NCBI GenBank assembly: GCA_017471805.1
Contig: JAFURS010000044.1
Coordinates: forward strand, 1 to 59,226
Origin: Alphaproteobacteria bacterium
Lineage (GTDB): Bacteria > Pseudomonadota > Alphaproteobacteria > Rs-D84
Length of the DNA: 59,226 bases
Reading direction: 5' to 3'
Shown here: in pieces, positions 38,993-48,420 of the stretch
Position numbering within the stretch: position 1 is the first letter of the stretch
Layout of the letters: each line of letters begins with the position of its first letter
The notes under the pieces: model-generated
The model's database searches: none
The model's input: the letters and a program-made list of their open reading frames with translations, nothing else
What the model was told of the DNA's origin: nothing
Made by a program: the position numbers and the translations under genes

Positions 38993-41516
38993 ATAAACTT
39001 AGTTGTGGCGGTGGCAATTCGTCTGAAACAACTGTTTTCTTGCGCACAGGCACGGGTTTCGGCGACACAGGCTGTGATGGGGCCGACAATTGCGTTTCGT
39101 TTGATTCCAGCGCACTTAAAACACATTCTGCACGATTTATCACAGTTTGTGGCATACCAGCCATACGGGCAACGTGTATCCCATATGAACGATTGGCCAC
39201 ACCAGGGATAATCTTGTGCATAAAGACAATTTCATTGTTATGTTCACGAACGTCTATGGTCAATGTTGATACGTTTCTTAGTCCGCCACCCAATACCAAC
39301 GATGTTAATTCGTGATAGTGTGTCGCAAACAAAGTGCGTGGACGCATTTCATCAAGGTATTCTAATACCGCCTGGGCAATCGCCATACCGTCATAGGTTG
39401 CAGTCCCCCGCCCTATTTCGTCAAAAATTATAAACGAACGGTTTGTTGCACGATTTAGTATGTTGGCAGTTTCACTCATTTCAACCATAAACGTCGATTG
39501 GCCCGCCGCCAAATTATCTGATGCGCCAACACGACTAAACAACTGGTCGCAAATACCAATGGTCGCAGATGTCGCCGGAACAAATGACCCCAGGTGTGCC
39601 AAAACAACAATTATTGCATTCTGGCGCAAATATGTCGATTTACCCGCCATATTTGGCCCTGTTAATAACGCAATCGCACAGGTGTTCAAATTACAATCGT
39701 TTTTGACAAAATTCTCGCCACGGGAACGCAATACAGATTCAATCACAGGATGACGACCACCAACAATATCAAATGCACAATCGTCTGTCACCGTCGGACA
39801 TACCCAAGAATATTTGTCAGACACACACGCCAAAGACAGCCATACATCACAATCTGCCAATAAATCAGCGGTTGATAACAAATCGTCCGAAATTGTGCGA
39901 ATATAATCAAGGAACTGATTCACAATTTCATTTTCTATTGCAGACGCCTTTTCGGCGGCACTGCGAATGTCGTTGTCCAGTTCAATTAAACGTGATGTTG
40001 TGAATCTGGTGTTGCCTGCCATTGTCTGACGGTGTATAAAACCGGATTCAGGCTGCATCAAGGCATCTGCACGGGCGGATGGAACCTCTATAAAATACCC
40101 CAGGATATTATTGTATTTGATTTTTAATGTGTTTATGCCGGTCGCTGATACATATTCTGATTGAAGTGCCGCAATCGTTTCACGGGCGCCATTTGATAGC
40201 GAACGCATATTATCCAACGATAAATCAAAACCATCACGAATTACCCCACCATCACGGAAAAATGTTGGCAAATCGTCCGACAAGGCACGTGTTAACTGTA
40301 ATGCAAATTCACTGTGCGTGTTAATTTCAGCAAATCGTTCAGAGAAGTTAGAATCAAGTCGATTTGATAATAATTGGGCACGGGGTAATACATTCAGAAA
40401 GTCCGACGTATTGCGCAAATCACGTGGCGTGCCACGACCCGATAATAAACGTGCCAATGAACGACCAACATCAGGAACAGATGTCAAAACACTGGTCAAC
40501 AGGCCCGAAACATCGGGATTTAAGATAAAGTGTGATATGTGTCCCTGACGCAGGGTAATCTGGGCCAGGTCACCTGATAAATCACGCAAATAAGAACGCA
40601 ATTTCCGGGCGCCGGCCGCCGTGCGGGTTTCGTCCAAGACATCAATCAAACACGCACCACCGTCATTTATAGGCGCATCTATTTCAAGACTGCGCCAGGT
40701 GGCGGAATCTATTAACAATTGACGACCCGACCCCCAGGTGTATGGCGCACGAAATGTTATAGATGCACCACGCTGGGTATTGAATAAATAGCCCGCCAAC
40801 AGGCATATTGCACAATCTGTGTTTTTTGTTGCGGTGGCACTGTCAATAACACCACCAAAAACACGTGATACAACCTGGGCAATGTCTGTGCGATGATAAA
40901 TCTTTTCATAGACCGGCGTGGATTTGAATAATTCACGCAGTTTCATTATCGTCTTTTCTTCGGCGGTTGAAAATGGAAATATAACCTCGGCCGGGGAAAG
41001 ACGGACAAAATCGTCAATTGGATCAGATGTTTGACCGGTAAAAAATTCGCCTGTGGATATGTCACAGCCTGAAATATCATATTTACCGCCACCAATCGGC
41101 GAAATCGCAACCAGAAAATTAGAGTTCTTGGGGGTAAGCAAATTTTCATCTGTTAATGTACCAGGCGTCAAAACACGGACAATATTTCGTTCAATAAATT
41201 TATGTCCACGTGCCTTGGCCTAGGCGGGGGTTTCCATCTGTTCAACCAATGCAACCTTGTACCCTGCCCGCACAAGACGACCAAAATAATTGTCAGCAGC
41301 GTGCCAAGGTATCCCACACATCGGTATTTCATTACCGTCACTGTCGGTGCCACGTGCCGTTAAAACCAACCCCAACGCAGAACTGATTACACGGGCATCT
41401 TCGAAAAAAGATTCATAAAAATCCCCCAAACGAAACATTAACAACGCATCTGGATTTTCAGATTTCATATCCACATACTGTTGCATAACCGGGGTTAATT
41501 TGCTTTTATCCGCCAC
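38985..41516 (-). pseudogene. mutS: DNA mismatch repair protein MutS interrupted by a single in-frame TAG (41220-41222)
   Basis: The 98-aa ORF 41220-41516 is the MutS mismatch-binding N-terminus (TPVMQQY...GDFYE...GIPWHA). After the TAG, the same frame continues AKARGHKFIERNIVRVLTPGT into the 728-aa ORF. That ORF carries the Walker A GPNMAGKST and the C-terminal HTH region. Confidence 0.8.
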
Positions 41517-41546
41517 AATAAATCCATTTGTTTTCTTGTCTTATAA

Positions 41547-41741
41547 CTAGGCACTTACTTTCAAGGTTTCGATTTTTAATTCGGCCTCTTTTAACAATTG
41601 TTCACAATATGCCTTTAACTTAATCCCCTGTTCATAGGCAGCAACAGAATCCGCCAGTGGTAATTCGCCAGATTCCATCTTTTTTACCAATTCCATTAAC
41701 TGTTTATAGGCTTCTTCGAATGTAGGTTTTTGATTTTCCAT
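41547..41741 (-). CDS. xseB: Exodeoxyribonuclease VII small subunit
   Basis: The sequence FEEAYKQLMELVKKMESGELPLADSVAAYEQGIKLKAYCEQLL matches XseB. The start is at the ATG after AGGGGAA. Confidence 0.85.
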   Translation of the reverse strand: MENQKPTFEEAYKQLMELVKKMESGELPLADSVAAYEQGIKLKAYCEQLLKEAELKIETLKVSA

Positions 41742-41841
41742 TTTATTCCCCTGTGTTTGTCGATTTAAGATACAAAAATAAACAATCGTTTTCAATTAAA
41801 ATCCTGTGGATTTTTTGTTTATCTGAGGATATAATAGACAC

Positions 41842-41997
41842 AGACATTTGTAGGTGAATGGCCTTCAACAAGCCTAACTACATATAACCCGCAATGTCCC
41901 GACCATTGGTCGGGATGCTGTGTATCGTAAGATACATGGGGTCTTGTAGTTAGACTTGTTGAACTCCCGACCACTTTTCAAATGTGGTCTTTTTTTA
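41842..41997 (+). ncRNA. Candidate structured small RNA of unknown class (about 155 nt)
   Basis: A TATAAT box lies at 41830-41835. An 18-bp long-range helix pairs 41865-41882 with 41945-41962 (one mismatch). Inner hairpins are TCCCGACC/GGTCGGGA and TGTATC-GTAA-GATACA. A terminator (GACCAC...GTGGTC plus T8) lies at 41969-41997. Confidence 0.35.
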
Positions 41998-42090
41998 TTT
42001 GAATATATTTTGGGGGACAACATTGTTGAAATTGTTGAATTATTAGAACAAGCCCAACCGTGGGATGCGAACAATTCTAAAAAACACTAA

Positions 42091-42118
42091 AAAAAGCCGG
42101 TAAATGCCGGTTTTTTTT
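42091..42118. terminator. Hairpin of the GCCGG family (bidirectional terminator-like)
   Basis: It reads A5-GCCGG-TAAATG-CCGG-T8. Confidence 0.5.
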
Positions 42119-42150
42119 ATCTTTTTTGGTCAATTGTGAATTTTGATAGA

Positions 42151-42175
42151 AAAAGCCGGCTTTTACCGGCTTTTT
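42151..42175. terminator. Terminator downstream of parB
   Basis: It reads AAAA-GCCGG-CTTTTA-CCGGC-TTTTT. Confidence 0.65.
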
Positions 42176-42185
42176 CTTAACATTT

Positions 42186-43064
42186 TTACTTGGTTAATCT
42201 GTCCGCTAATTCGAACAACTGGGGACGGGTGGCAAATGATAATGTAATCTGCCCTGCCCCACCACGACGTTCACTAATCTTGACCGAAACACCCAGTGCT
42301 GATTTTATACGACGTTCTAAATCCTGAACCGTCGCAGAATCTAGCGTCTTGTCCGTGTGATTCCTGGTCGTTTTTGCACGTGGTGCAGACTTTACCAATT
42401 TGCCCGTATCGGCAACCGACAAGCCTTCGGATATTATCTTGTGCGCTAAATCTTCGGGGTTTTCTGCAACCGCTATTGTGCGGGCGTGCGATGCGGACAA
42501 TTCCCCACGTGCAACCATTTCTTGCAAACTTTCAGACAATGACGTTAACCGCAGCATATTACGAATATAACTGTCCGATTTTCCAATCAAACGTGCAACA
42601 TCCCCCAGTTCATAATCACAACATTCCATCAAATTCTTGTATGCGTTTGCTTCTTCGATTGGATTAAGATTTTCACGCTGAACATTTTCAATCAAGGCAA
42701 TTTCACGGGCATTGCTGTCATCAAGCACCTTGACCAATGCGGGTATTTCATTTAACCCGGCAATCTTGGACGCACGAAAACGACGTTCGCCGGCAACAAT
42801 TTCATACATATATGGCCGGCCAGTCACCGTGCGCAATAATATCGGTTGCAAAACACCCTTTTCACGAATAGACGCCGCCAGGTCAGACAATTCAGATTCT
42901 GTAAATGTCTTGCGTGGCTGATCAGGATTTGCACCAATTTGCGCCAAAGGAACCTGCTTTACAACAACACGTTCCGTCTGGGTTAATAAAGAAATATCCG
43001 GAATTGCACCACGTGCATTCTGCAATTCTGCCAAACCACGCCCCAATCCAAACTTACTGGCCAT
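42186..43064 (-). CDS. parB: Chromosome partitioning protein ParB
   Basis: Motifs are GLGRGL, the ParB box (IVAGERRFRASK), and an HTH region. Confidence 0.92.
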   Translation of the reverse strand: MASKFGLGRGLAELQNARGAIPDISLLTQTERVVVKQVPLAQIGANPDQPRKTFTESELSDLAASIREKGVLQPILLRTVTGRPYMYEIVAGERRFRASKIAGLNEIPALVKVLDDSNAREIALIENVQRENLNPIEEANAYKNLMECCDYELGDVARLIGKSDSYIRNMLRLTSLSESLQEMVARGELSASHARTIAVAENPEDLAHKIISEGLSVADTGKLVKSAPRAKTTRNHTDKTLDSATVQDLERRIKSALGVSVKISERRGGAGQITLSFATRPQLFELADRLTK

Positions 43065-43839
43065 CTGATTCCCCCTTGGTTGTTCGTTCCACTACTTCGG
43101 TTGCAACACGCAAATATGCCTGGGCACCCGTGGAATTAAAGTCATAAAATAACGCAGGCTTGCCGTGACTGGGTGCCTCAGACACACGGACATTACGTGG
43201 AACAACCGTCTTGAACACAACGTCACCAAACGTGCCACGAACATCATCGTCAACCGCACGGGTCAAACCATAACGACGATCATACATCGTTAATAACACC
43301 CCCAGTATTTCCAGCCCAGGATTCCAATTCTTTTGAACAATCGAAATTGTATCACATAATTGCTGAACCCCTTCGAGGGCAAAAAATTCACACTGCAACG
43401 GGATTATCACAGAATCAGATGCCGCCAATGCGTTAATTGTTAAATACCCCAACGCAGGCGGACAATCCAGCAGTATATAATCATAATATTCCATCACAGG
43501 CTGCAACGCATCACGCAATCTAAATTCACGGTTTGGCATATCCATTAAATCAACATCCGCACCCGCCAATGCCTGGGACGACGGCAGCAAATGCAGCCCC
43601 GGGACCGCAGTCGATAAAATATTATCCGCCGCCTTGGCCGTCCCCATAATAACGCCATAAACACTTTGCTGATGTGCGGCACGTTCAAACCCCAACCCGG
43701 TGCCAGCATTCCCCTGTTGATCCAAATCAACCAATAAAACACGCTTTTTTATCGTCGCCAGCGACGCACCAATATTTATCGCAGTCGTGGTTTTACCCAC
43801 CCCACCCTTTTGATTCGCAAATGCAATTATCTTAACCAT
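43054..43839 (-). CDS. parA: Chromosome partitioning ATPase ParA (Soj)
   Basis: It has the deviant Walker A (IAFANQKGGVGKTTT). The start is at MVKII, after GGAAAGGAA. Confidence 0.92.
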   Translation of the reverse strand: MVKIIAFANQKGGVGKTTTAINIGASLATIKKRVLLVDLDQQGNAGTGLGFERAAHQQSVYGVIMGTAKAADNILSTAVPGLHLLPSSQALAGADVDLMDMPNREFRLRDALQPVMEYYDYILLDCPPALGYLTINALAASDSVIIPLQCEFFALEGVQQLCDTISIVQKNWNPGLEILGVLLTMYDRRYGLTRAVDDDVRGTFGDVVFKTVVPRNVRVSEAPSHGKPALFYDFNSTGAQAYLRVATEVVERTTKGESDGQ

Positions 43840-43942
43840 TATTCCTTTCCATTTCCTGTCTTTTAGATTATAAAAACCGGCCGATTCGGTCAAGGATTTA
43901 TATAAAATATATAAAAACACACTAAAAACAACATTATAATTC

Positions 43943-43960
43943 TTATTTCACGTGAAATAA
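43943..43960. promoter_or_regulatory. parS-like centromere site
   Basis: TTATTTCACGTGAAATAA is a perfect 18-bp palindrome. Its core TATTTCACGTGAAATA differs from the parS consensus TGTTTCACGTGAAACA only at the symmetric second positions. It lies about 105 nt upstream of parA. Confidence 0.75.
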
Positions 43961-43990
43961 CCGATATTTTTCAACAATTTTACAACAATA

Positions 43991-44017
43991 AAAACACCGG
44001 CATTTGCCGGCTTTTTT
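43991..44017 (-). terminator. Terminator downstream of rsmG
   Basis: A CCGGC-ATTT-GCCGG hairpin is flanked by an A-tract and a T-tract. Confidence 0.6.
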
Positions 44018-44074
44018 GATATATTTTTCATTTTTATTGTTTTTTCAACAATTTAACCGGTATTTCATATGAAA

Positions 44075-44635
44075 CTACCGGTCAAAACGCACAGAAATTA
44101 TAAATCCATCACCTGTCTTGGATGGCGTTAATTCATATTCAAAAGAATATTTAGTTTTTGCCATTTCAATTTCCCCGGCAATTTCACGTCCTTTTAGTAA
44201 AAAAAGCCGGCATTTTGTTTTTGCAACATAATCCAAAATCTTGGTCAATGATGCAAACGCACGGGCAGTGAATACAATATTGTTCGATTTTGCCGGTAAA
44301 TGCCGGACATATTCTTCGACACGACCGTGATAAATCGTCAGGTTGTCCAGCGACAAAGCTTCTTTGACCGCCGATAAAAACGCAACTTTTTTACCAATCG
44401 ATTCAATACACGTGACGTGCCAGCCCATAATCGCCAAAACAACCCCAGGAAATCCGGCACCACTGCCCAGGTCAACAATATCAACATCGGGCGGCAAAAC
44501 ATCCGCCAATTGTGCAGAATCTGCAAAGTGACGGTTTTCAATATCATTCAAGGTGCTGGGCGCAACCAAGTTCATACGACCAGACCACTGGCGCAGTAGG
44601 GTCGCATACTGTTCAAATTTGACTTTGTTATCCAT
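44075..44635 (-). CDS. rsmG: 16S rRNA (guanine527-N7)-methyltransferase RsmG (GidB)
   Basis: It has the SAM-binding motif (VDLGSGAGFPGVVLAI) and the family-typical N-terminus (W...MNLV). Confidence 0.9.
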   Translation of the reverse strand: MDNKVKFEQYATLLRQWSGRMNLVAPSTLNDIENRHFADSAQLADVLPPDVDIVDLGSGAGFPGVVLAIMGWHVTCIESIGKKVAFLSAVKEALSLDNLTIYHGRVEEYVRHLPAKSNNIVFTARAFASLTKILDYVAKTKCRLFLLKGREIAGEIEMAKTKYSFEYELTPSKTGDGFIISVRFDR

Positions 44636-44656
44636 AAGTATTATTCTAGCATAGTT

Positions 44657-46273
44657 ATGAGAAAATTTGAAAGTTTATTTATCACAATTAGTCTACTGAC
44701 CGTCGTCACAGTCACAGGTGCCGCAATTTGGTCACACTTAAAAAACAATTCAAGCAATACGGAATATGAATTTCCTGCGACTAAGTTCGGGGGCTTTTTA
44801 GCGGCACAACACGCAATTTATGTTAATGACTTTGACGCCGCCACGGGCTTTGTCGAAAACCTGATGGATGTGCAATACCCAATTGTTCAAAACACGGTTT
44901 ATTTATCAGACTTTTTAAGCGGACGAATGCCGTTTGATGCACATCTGTTAAAAAATGAAAAAAGTATGTCGGCCCAGTTGATTTATGACGCATATCTGAT
45001 TCAAAACGAAAACTGGAAGGAATTACACAACCGCCACAAAACAGACGAATCTGCATTGGCGGCCCCATTGCGTATCTGGTCGGCAATCGCAAATGATTGG
45101 CGAACAAATACTTTTAAGTTTATAGATAATTTACCTACAAATGCATCGTGGAAATCGTTTGTTCGTGGACAGATTTATGCAGAACTGGGGGACACAGAAA
45201 AAGCAACTGAAAACTTCTTGGCGGTTAGTCCAGACTTTATGAATATAAACGACTATCTGTATATAATGTCGTATTACAACCATATTGGTTTGACAGAAAA
45301 TGCCAAACAATTAAAGTCTGATTTTACCGCACGCCCAGGTGGAATGTTTATGTTGAATTATGACAATATTCCAGACTGGTCGATTTATAGCGGGTATAAA
45401 AATCAACTGGCGTTTAGTTTGGTGCAAAATGTTTCGCATACATCTGTTATGATGTATTCTGATTTGGCAATGCTGTTGCTGCGATTTGCACAAATTACAG
45501 CACCTGATTTTGCAAGTAATAACGGTGCCGTCGATTATTATTTGGGAAATTATTTCTTTCATAATATCGGCGACTATGAACAACATTTTGACAAAATCCA
45601 ATCCAACAGCCCGTTCAAATTATTCGGCCTGTTGCGTATGGCAGAAAAATCACAAGATAAACAACCATTACAAGACGCATTAAAAGAACACCCATTGTTT
45701 GTGCCAGGGGTAAATGCAATGGTTGGATATCACATTCAACACGGCAACAAAAATGATGCGCTGCGTATTGTTCGCCGGGCAATGAATCAGGATAATTTAG
45801 ACGAAGTGGGCAGGGCGTTCTTTTTGAAAAGCCGTGCGCAAATTCACTTTACTTTTGGCGACCTGGACAAGGCACAAGATGATATAAAAGATGCCGCAGA
45901 TATATTGGTTATGGATGGCGAAATATTGTCTTTGCAGGCCAAAATCTGGGCGGAACAAAATCGAGAATTGGATAATGCGTATGACTATGCAATGACATTG
46001 GTCAGACAAAATCCAACAGATATCTTGGCGTGGGATACGCTGGGGTGTGTGGTGGCCGCACGTGAGGGGGTGGATGCCGCACTGGAAGTGATGGAACGGG
46101 TTAGTGATGTATCAGAATCCTGTTCTGCGTTGTTTGAACACCTGGGCGATATGTATGTTATCAAAGGCGATATCGACAAGGCAAACGATGCATACAAACG
46201 GGCAATAGATTTATCTGATGATGGATTAGTGGTCGTGCCTTTAATTGAAAGAAAAATAAGGAAATTAAAATGA
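44657..46273 (+). CDS. Membrane-anchored helical-repeat (TPR-like) protein, unknown function
   Basis: It has an N-terminal anchor and C-terminal TPR-like repeats (LGDMYVIKGDIDKANDAYKRAIDL). Confidence 0.55.
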   Translation: MRKFESLFITISLLTVVTVTGAAIWSHLKNNSSNTEYEFPATKFGGFLAAQHAIYVNDFDAATGFVENLMDVQYPIVQNTVYLSDFLSGRMPFDAHLLKNEKSMSAQLIYDAYLIQNENWKELHNRHKTDESALAAPLRIWSAIANDWRTNTFKFIDNLPTNASWKSFVRGQIYAELGDTEKATENFLAVSPDFMNINDYLYIMSYYNHIGLTENAKQLKSDFTARPGGMFMLNYDNIPDWSIYSGYKNQLAFSLVQNVSHTSVMMYSDLAMLLLRFAQITAPDFASNNGAVDYYLGNYFFHNIGDYEQHFDKIQSNSPFKLFGLLRMAEKSQDKQPLQDALKEHPLFVPGVNAMVGYHIQHGNKNDALRIVRRAMNQDNLDEVGRAFFLKSRAQIHFTFGDLDKAQDDIKDAADILVMDGEILSLQAKIWAEQNRELDNAYDYAMTLVRQNPTDILAWDTLGCVVAAREGVDAALEVMERVSDVSESCSALFEHLGDMYVIKGDIDKANDAYKRAIDLSDDGLVVVPLIERKIRKLK

Positions 46274-47133
46274 AGGTTGGTGTAATTGGCGCAGGTGCCT
46301 GGGGCACTGCATTGGCAATCGTTTCGGCACGGGGTGGGGCAGATGTGACCCTGTGGTCGTATGATGGTGAACATAAATCTTTTGATGATGTTAAAATGCC
46401 TGAAAATATCCGTATGACGGCAGATATGGCAGACTTAACCGATACAGACGCCTGGTTAATTGTGACACCAGGGGCGCATTTCCGTGAAACTGTGCGCAAG
46501 GCACGTGATTCATATAACGGACAACCAATTATCATTTGCACCAAAGGGGCAGAGTGCGTATCAGGGCAATTTATGTCTGAAATTTTACAGGCAGAATTAC
46601 CAGAATGCGTCGATTTTGGCGTTTTATCAGGACCACAATTCGCCGCAGAAGTCGCAAAGGGCGTGCCAACAGGTTCAAGATTGGCCGGAACAACCAAGGC
46701 ACTGGATGCGGGGTATGAAATACTAAACAAATTATATTTGGTCGGCAGTGATGACGTTATTGGCGCAGAAGTTTGCGGCGTTGGTAAAAATGCAGTGGCA
46801 CTTATATGCGGATACAACAGCGTGGCCGCCGCAGGGGAAAACGAACGGGCGTTGATTTTCACACGTGCCTGGGGCGAAGTTATGAAAATCGGTGTTGCAA
46901 TGGGCGCAAAAATTCAGACGTTTCTGGAACTGTGCGGAATAGGGGACCTGTTCTTGTCTGCAACCAGCGCAACCAGCCGAAACTTTTCAGGTGGTATGGC
47001 AATCGCACGTGGCGAACAACCAACAGGCACCGTCGAAGGTATTTTTGCACTGTGCGGTTTGATTGAACGTGCAAAAAATCTGGGGGTTGATGTGCCGATT
47101 TTGACCCAGATGCAACAGAAATTAAAAATATAG
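46270..47133 (+). CDS. gpsA: NAD(P)H-dependent glycerol-3-phosphate dehydrogenase
   Basis: Motifs are the Rossmann motif VGVIGAGAWGTALA, then LSGPQFAAEVAKG and KNAVALICG. Confidence 0.88.
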   Translation: MKVGVIGAGAWGTALAIVSARGGADVTLWSYDGEHKSFDDVKMPENIRMTADMADLTDTDAWLIVTPGAHFRETVRKARDSYNGQPIIICTKGAECVSGQFMSEILQAELPECVDFGVLSGPQFAAEVAKGVPTGSRLAGTTKALDAGYEILNKLYLVGSDDVIGAEVCGVGKNAVALICGYNSVAAAGENERALIFTRAWGEVMKIGVAMGAKIQTFLELCGIGDLFLSATSATSRNFSGGMAIARGEQPTGTVEGIFALCGLIERAKNLGVDVPILTQMQQKLKI

Positions 47134-47135
47134 TG

Positions 47136-47164
47136 AAAAAGCCGGCAAATGCCGGCCTTTTTTA
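47136..47164. terminator. Bidirectional terminator (GCCGGC family)
   Basis: It reads A5-GCCGGC-AAAT-GCCGGC-C-T7. Confidence 0.7.
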
Positions 47165-47183
47165 TTCACATTTTATTCCGATT

Positions 47184-48401
47184 CTATTCATAGCGCAGAC
47201 TGTCAATCGGGTTTAGTTTCGCCGCCTTCATCGCAGGCATTACCCCAGACGATAAACCAACAATAACCGCAACAGATACTGATAAAACAACCGGCCATAT
47301 ACTAAATGGAACATTATAGCCTAAAATAAATCGACCGACACCCTGGGACAGGCCAACACCGATTATTAAACCAATCATTGAACCAATAAATGAAATTAAA
47401 ACAGATTCTGATAAGAATTGAATAATTATCATACGTTCACGTGCGCCAATGGCCTTGCGTATGCCGATTTCACGGGTGCGTTCGGCAACAGACACCAACA
47501 TCATATTCATAATGCCAATCGCACCAACCAATAATGATACCGCCGCAATCGCAATCAGTAATAATTTCATATAGCCTGTGACCGTTGTCATTGTTTCCAT
47601 TACCTGTTTCATATCCATAATTTGAAAGTCGTCAACCGCATCGTCTTTTAGGCGATGACGCTGGCGAAGCAGGGCAGTTATCTGTTCAATCGCAATGTTG
47701 TTGTCAGAGTCTGCAAATAATTTCAGGGCAATCATATTCACAGAGTTTGGAAAACGTGAACCCTGCATTCTTTTTTTCAGTGTCGTTATTGGTATAATTA
47801 CCATATCATCTTGGCTGCCCATTGCAGAATCGCCCTTGGCACGGGTGACGCCAATGATTACAAAGGGCGTATTTTGAATACGGATTACTTCGCCAATAGG
47901 ATTTTCAGGCAAACCAAGTTCTTCGGCTGTTTCAGGGCCAATTACCGCATAGGTCGATGCATTGCGAACCGCAGACATATCAAAAAATGTGCCGTATTCC
48001 ATTTCTATGTTCTGGACCGTTGTGTAATCAGGATACACACCAACCATAGATGTTCCCCAATTCTTGTTCCCGTATATCGCCTGGGCGGCACCGTTCTGGA
48101 CAGGGGTGACCGCCATAACATCAGGTAATTTCGCAATAAATTCAGCGTCTTGTATCGTCAGGGTTTGACGATTACCAGTGCGAACACCCGCAGATTGCGC
48201 CGCACCAGCACGTATCATTATTGTGTTCGTGCCAAGTGATGAAAACTGGTCCGTGATTTGACGTTGAACCGTTTCCCCAACCGCAACCATTATAACAACC
48301 GCCATAACACCAATGATGATGCCCAGGACCGTTAAAAATGAACGAATTTTGTTGCCACTGATTGACAACCAAGATTCTTTTAATATGTCGCTTACAGTCA
48401 T
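47184..48401 (-). CDS. MacB/FtsX-family ABC transporter permease
   Basis: It has an N-terminal TM helix, a MacB-type periplasmic core domain, and a C-terminal FtsX 3-TM module (ERTREIGIRKAIGA). Confidence 0.88.
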   Translation of the reverse strand: MTVSDILKESWLSISGNKIRSFLTVLGIIIGVMAVVIMVAVGETVQRQITDQFSSLGTNTIMIRAGAAQSAGVRTGNRQTLTIQDAEFIAKLPDVMAVTPVQNGAAQAIYGNKNWGTSMVGVYPDYTTVQNIEMEYGTFFDMSAVRNASTYAVIGPETAEELGLPENPIGEVIRIQNTPFVIIGVTRAKGDSAMGSQDDMVIIPITTLKKRMQGSRFPNSVNMIALKLFADSDNNIAIEQITALLRQRHRLKDDAVDDFQIMDMKQVMETMTTVTGYMKLLLIAIAAVSLLVGAIGIMNMMLVSVAERTREIGIRKAIGARERMIIIQFLSESVLISFIGSMIGLIIGVGLSQGVGRFILGYNVPFSIWPVVLSVSVAVIVGLSSGVMPAMKAAKLNPIDSLRYE

Positions 48402-48420
48402 TTTTTACACCATTTGTCTT

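Noticed and set aside
41220-41222. The in-frame TAG in mutS could be evidence of stop-codon reassignment or pyrrolysine.
   Set aside because: TAG terminates other well-defined genes in this window (rsmG and the pilus ATPase). No Pyl machinery or other in-frame TAGs are visible.
42017-42091. A 26-codon TTG-initiated ORF (LGDNIVEIVELLEQAQPWDANNSKKH) between the candidate sRNA and a terminator could be a small protein or leader peptide.
   Set aside because: It has no Shine-Dalgarno sequence and no ATG start, and I recognise no conserved motif. The IVEIVE arises from the ATTGTTGAA tandem repeat.
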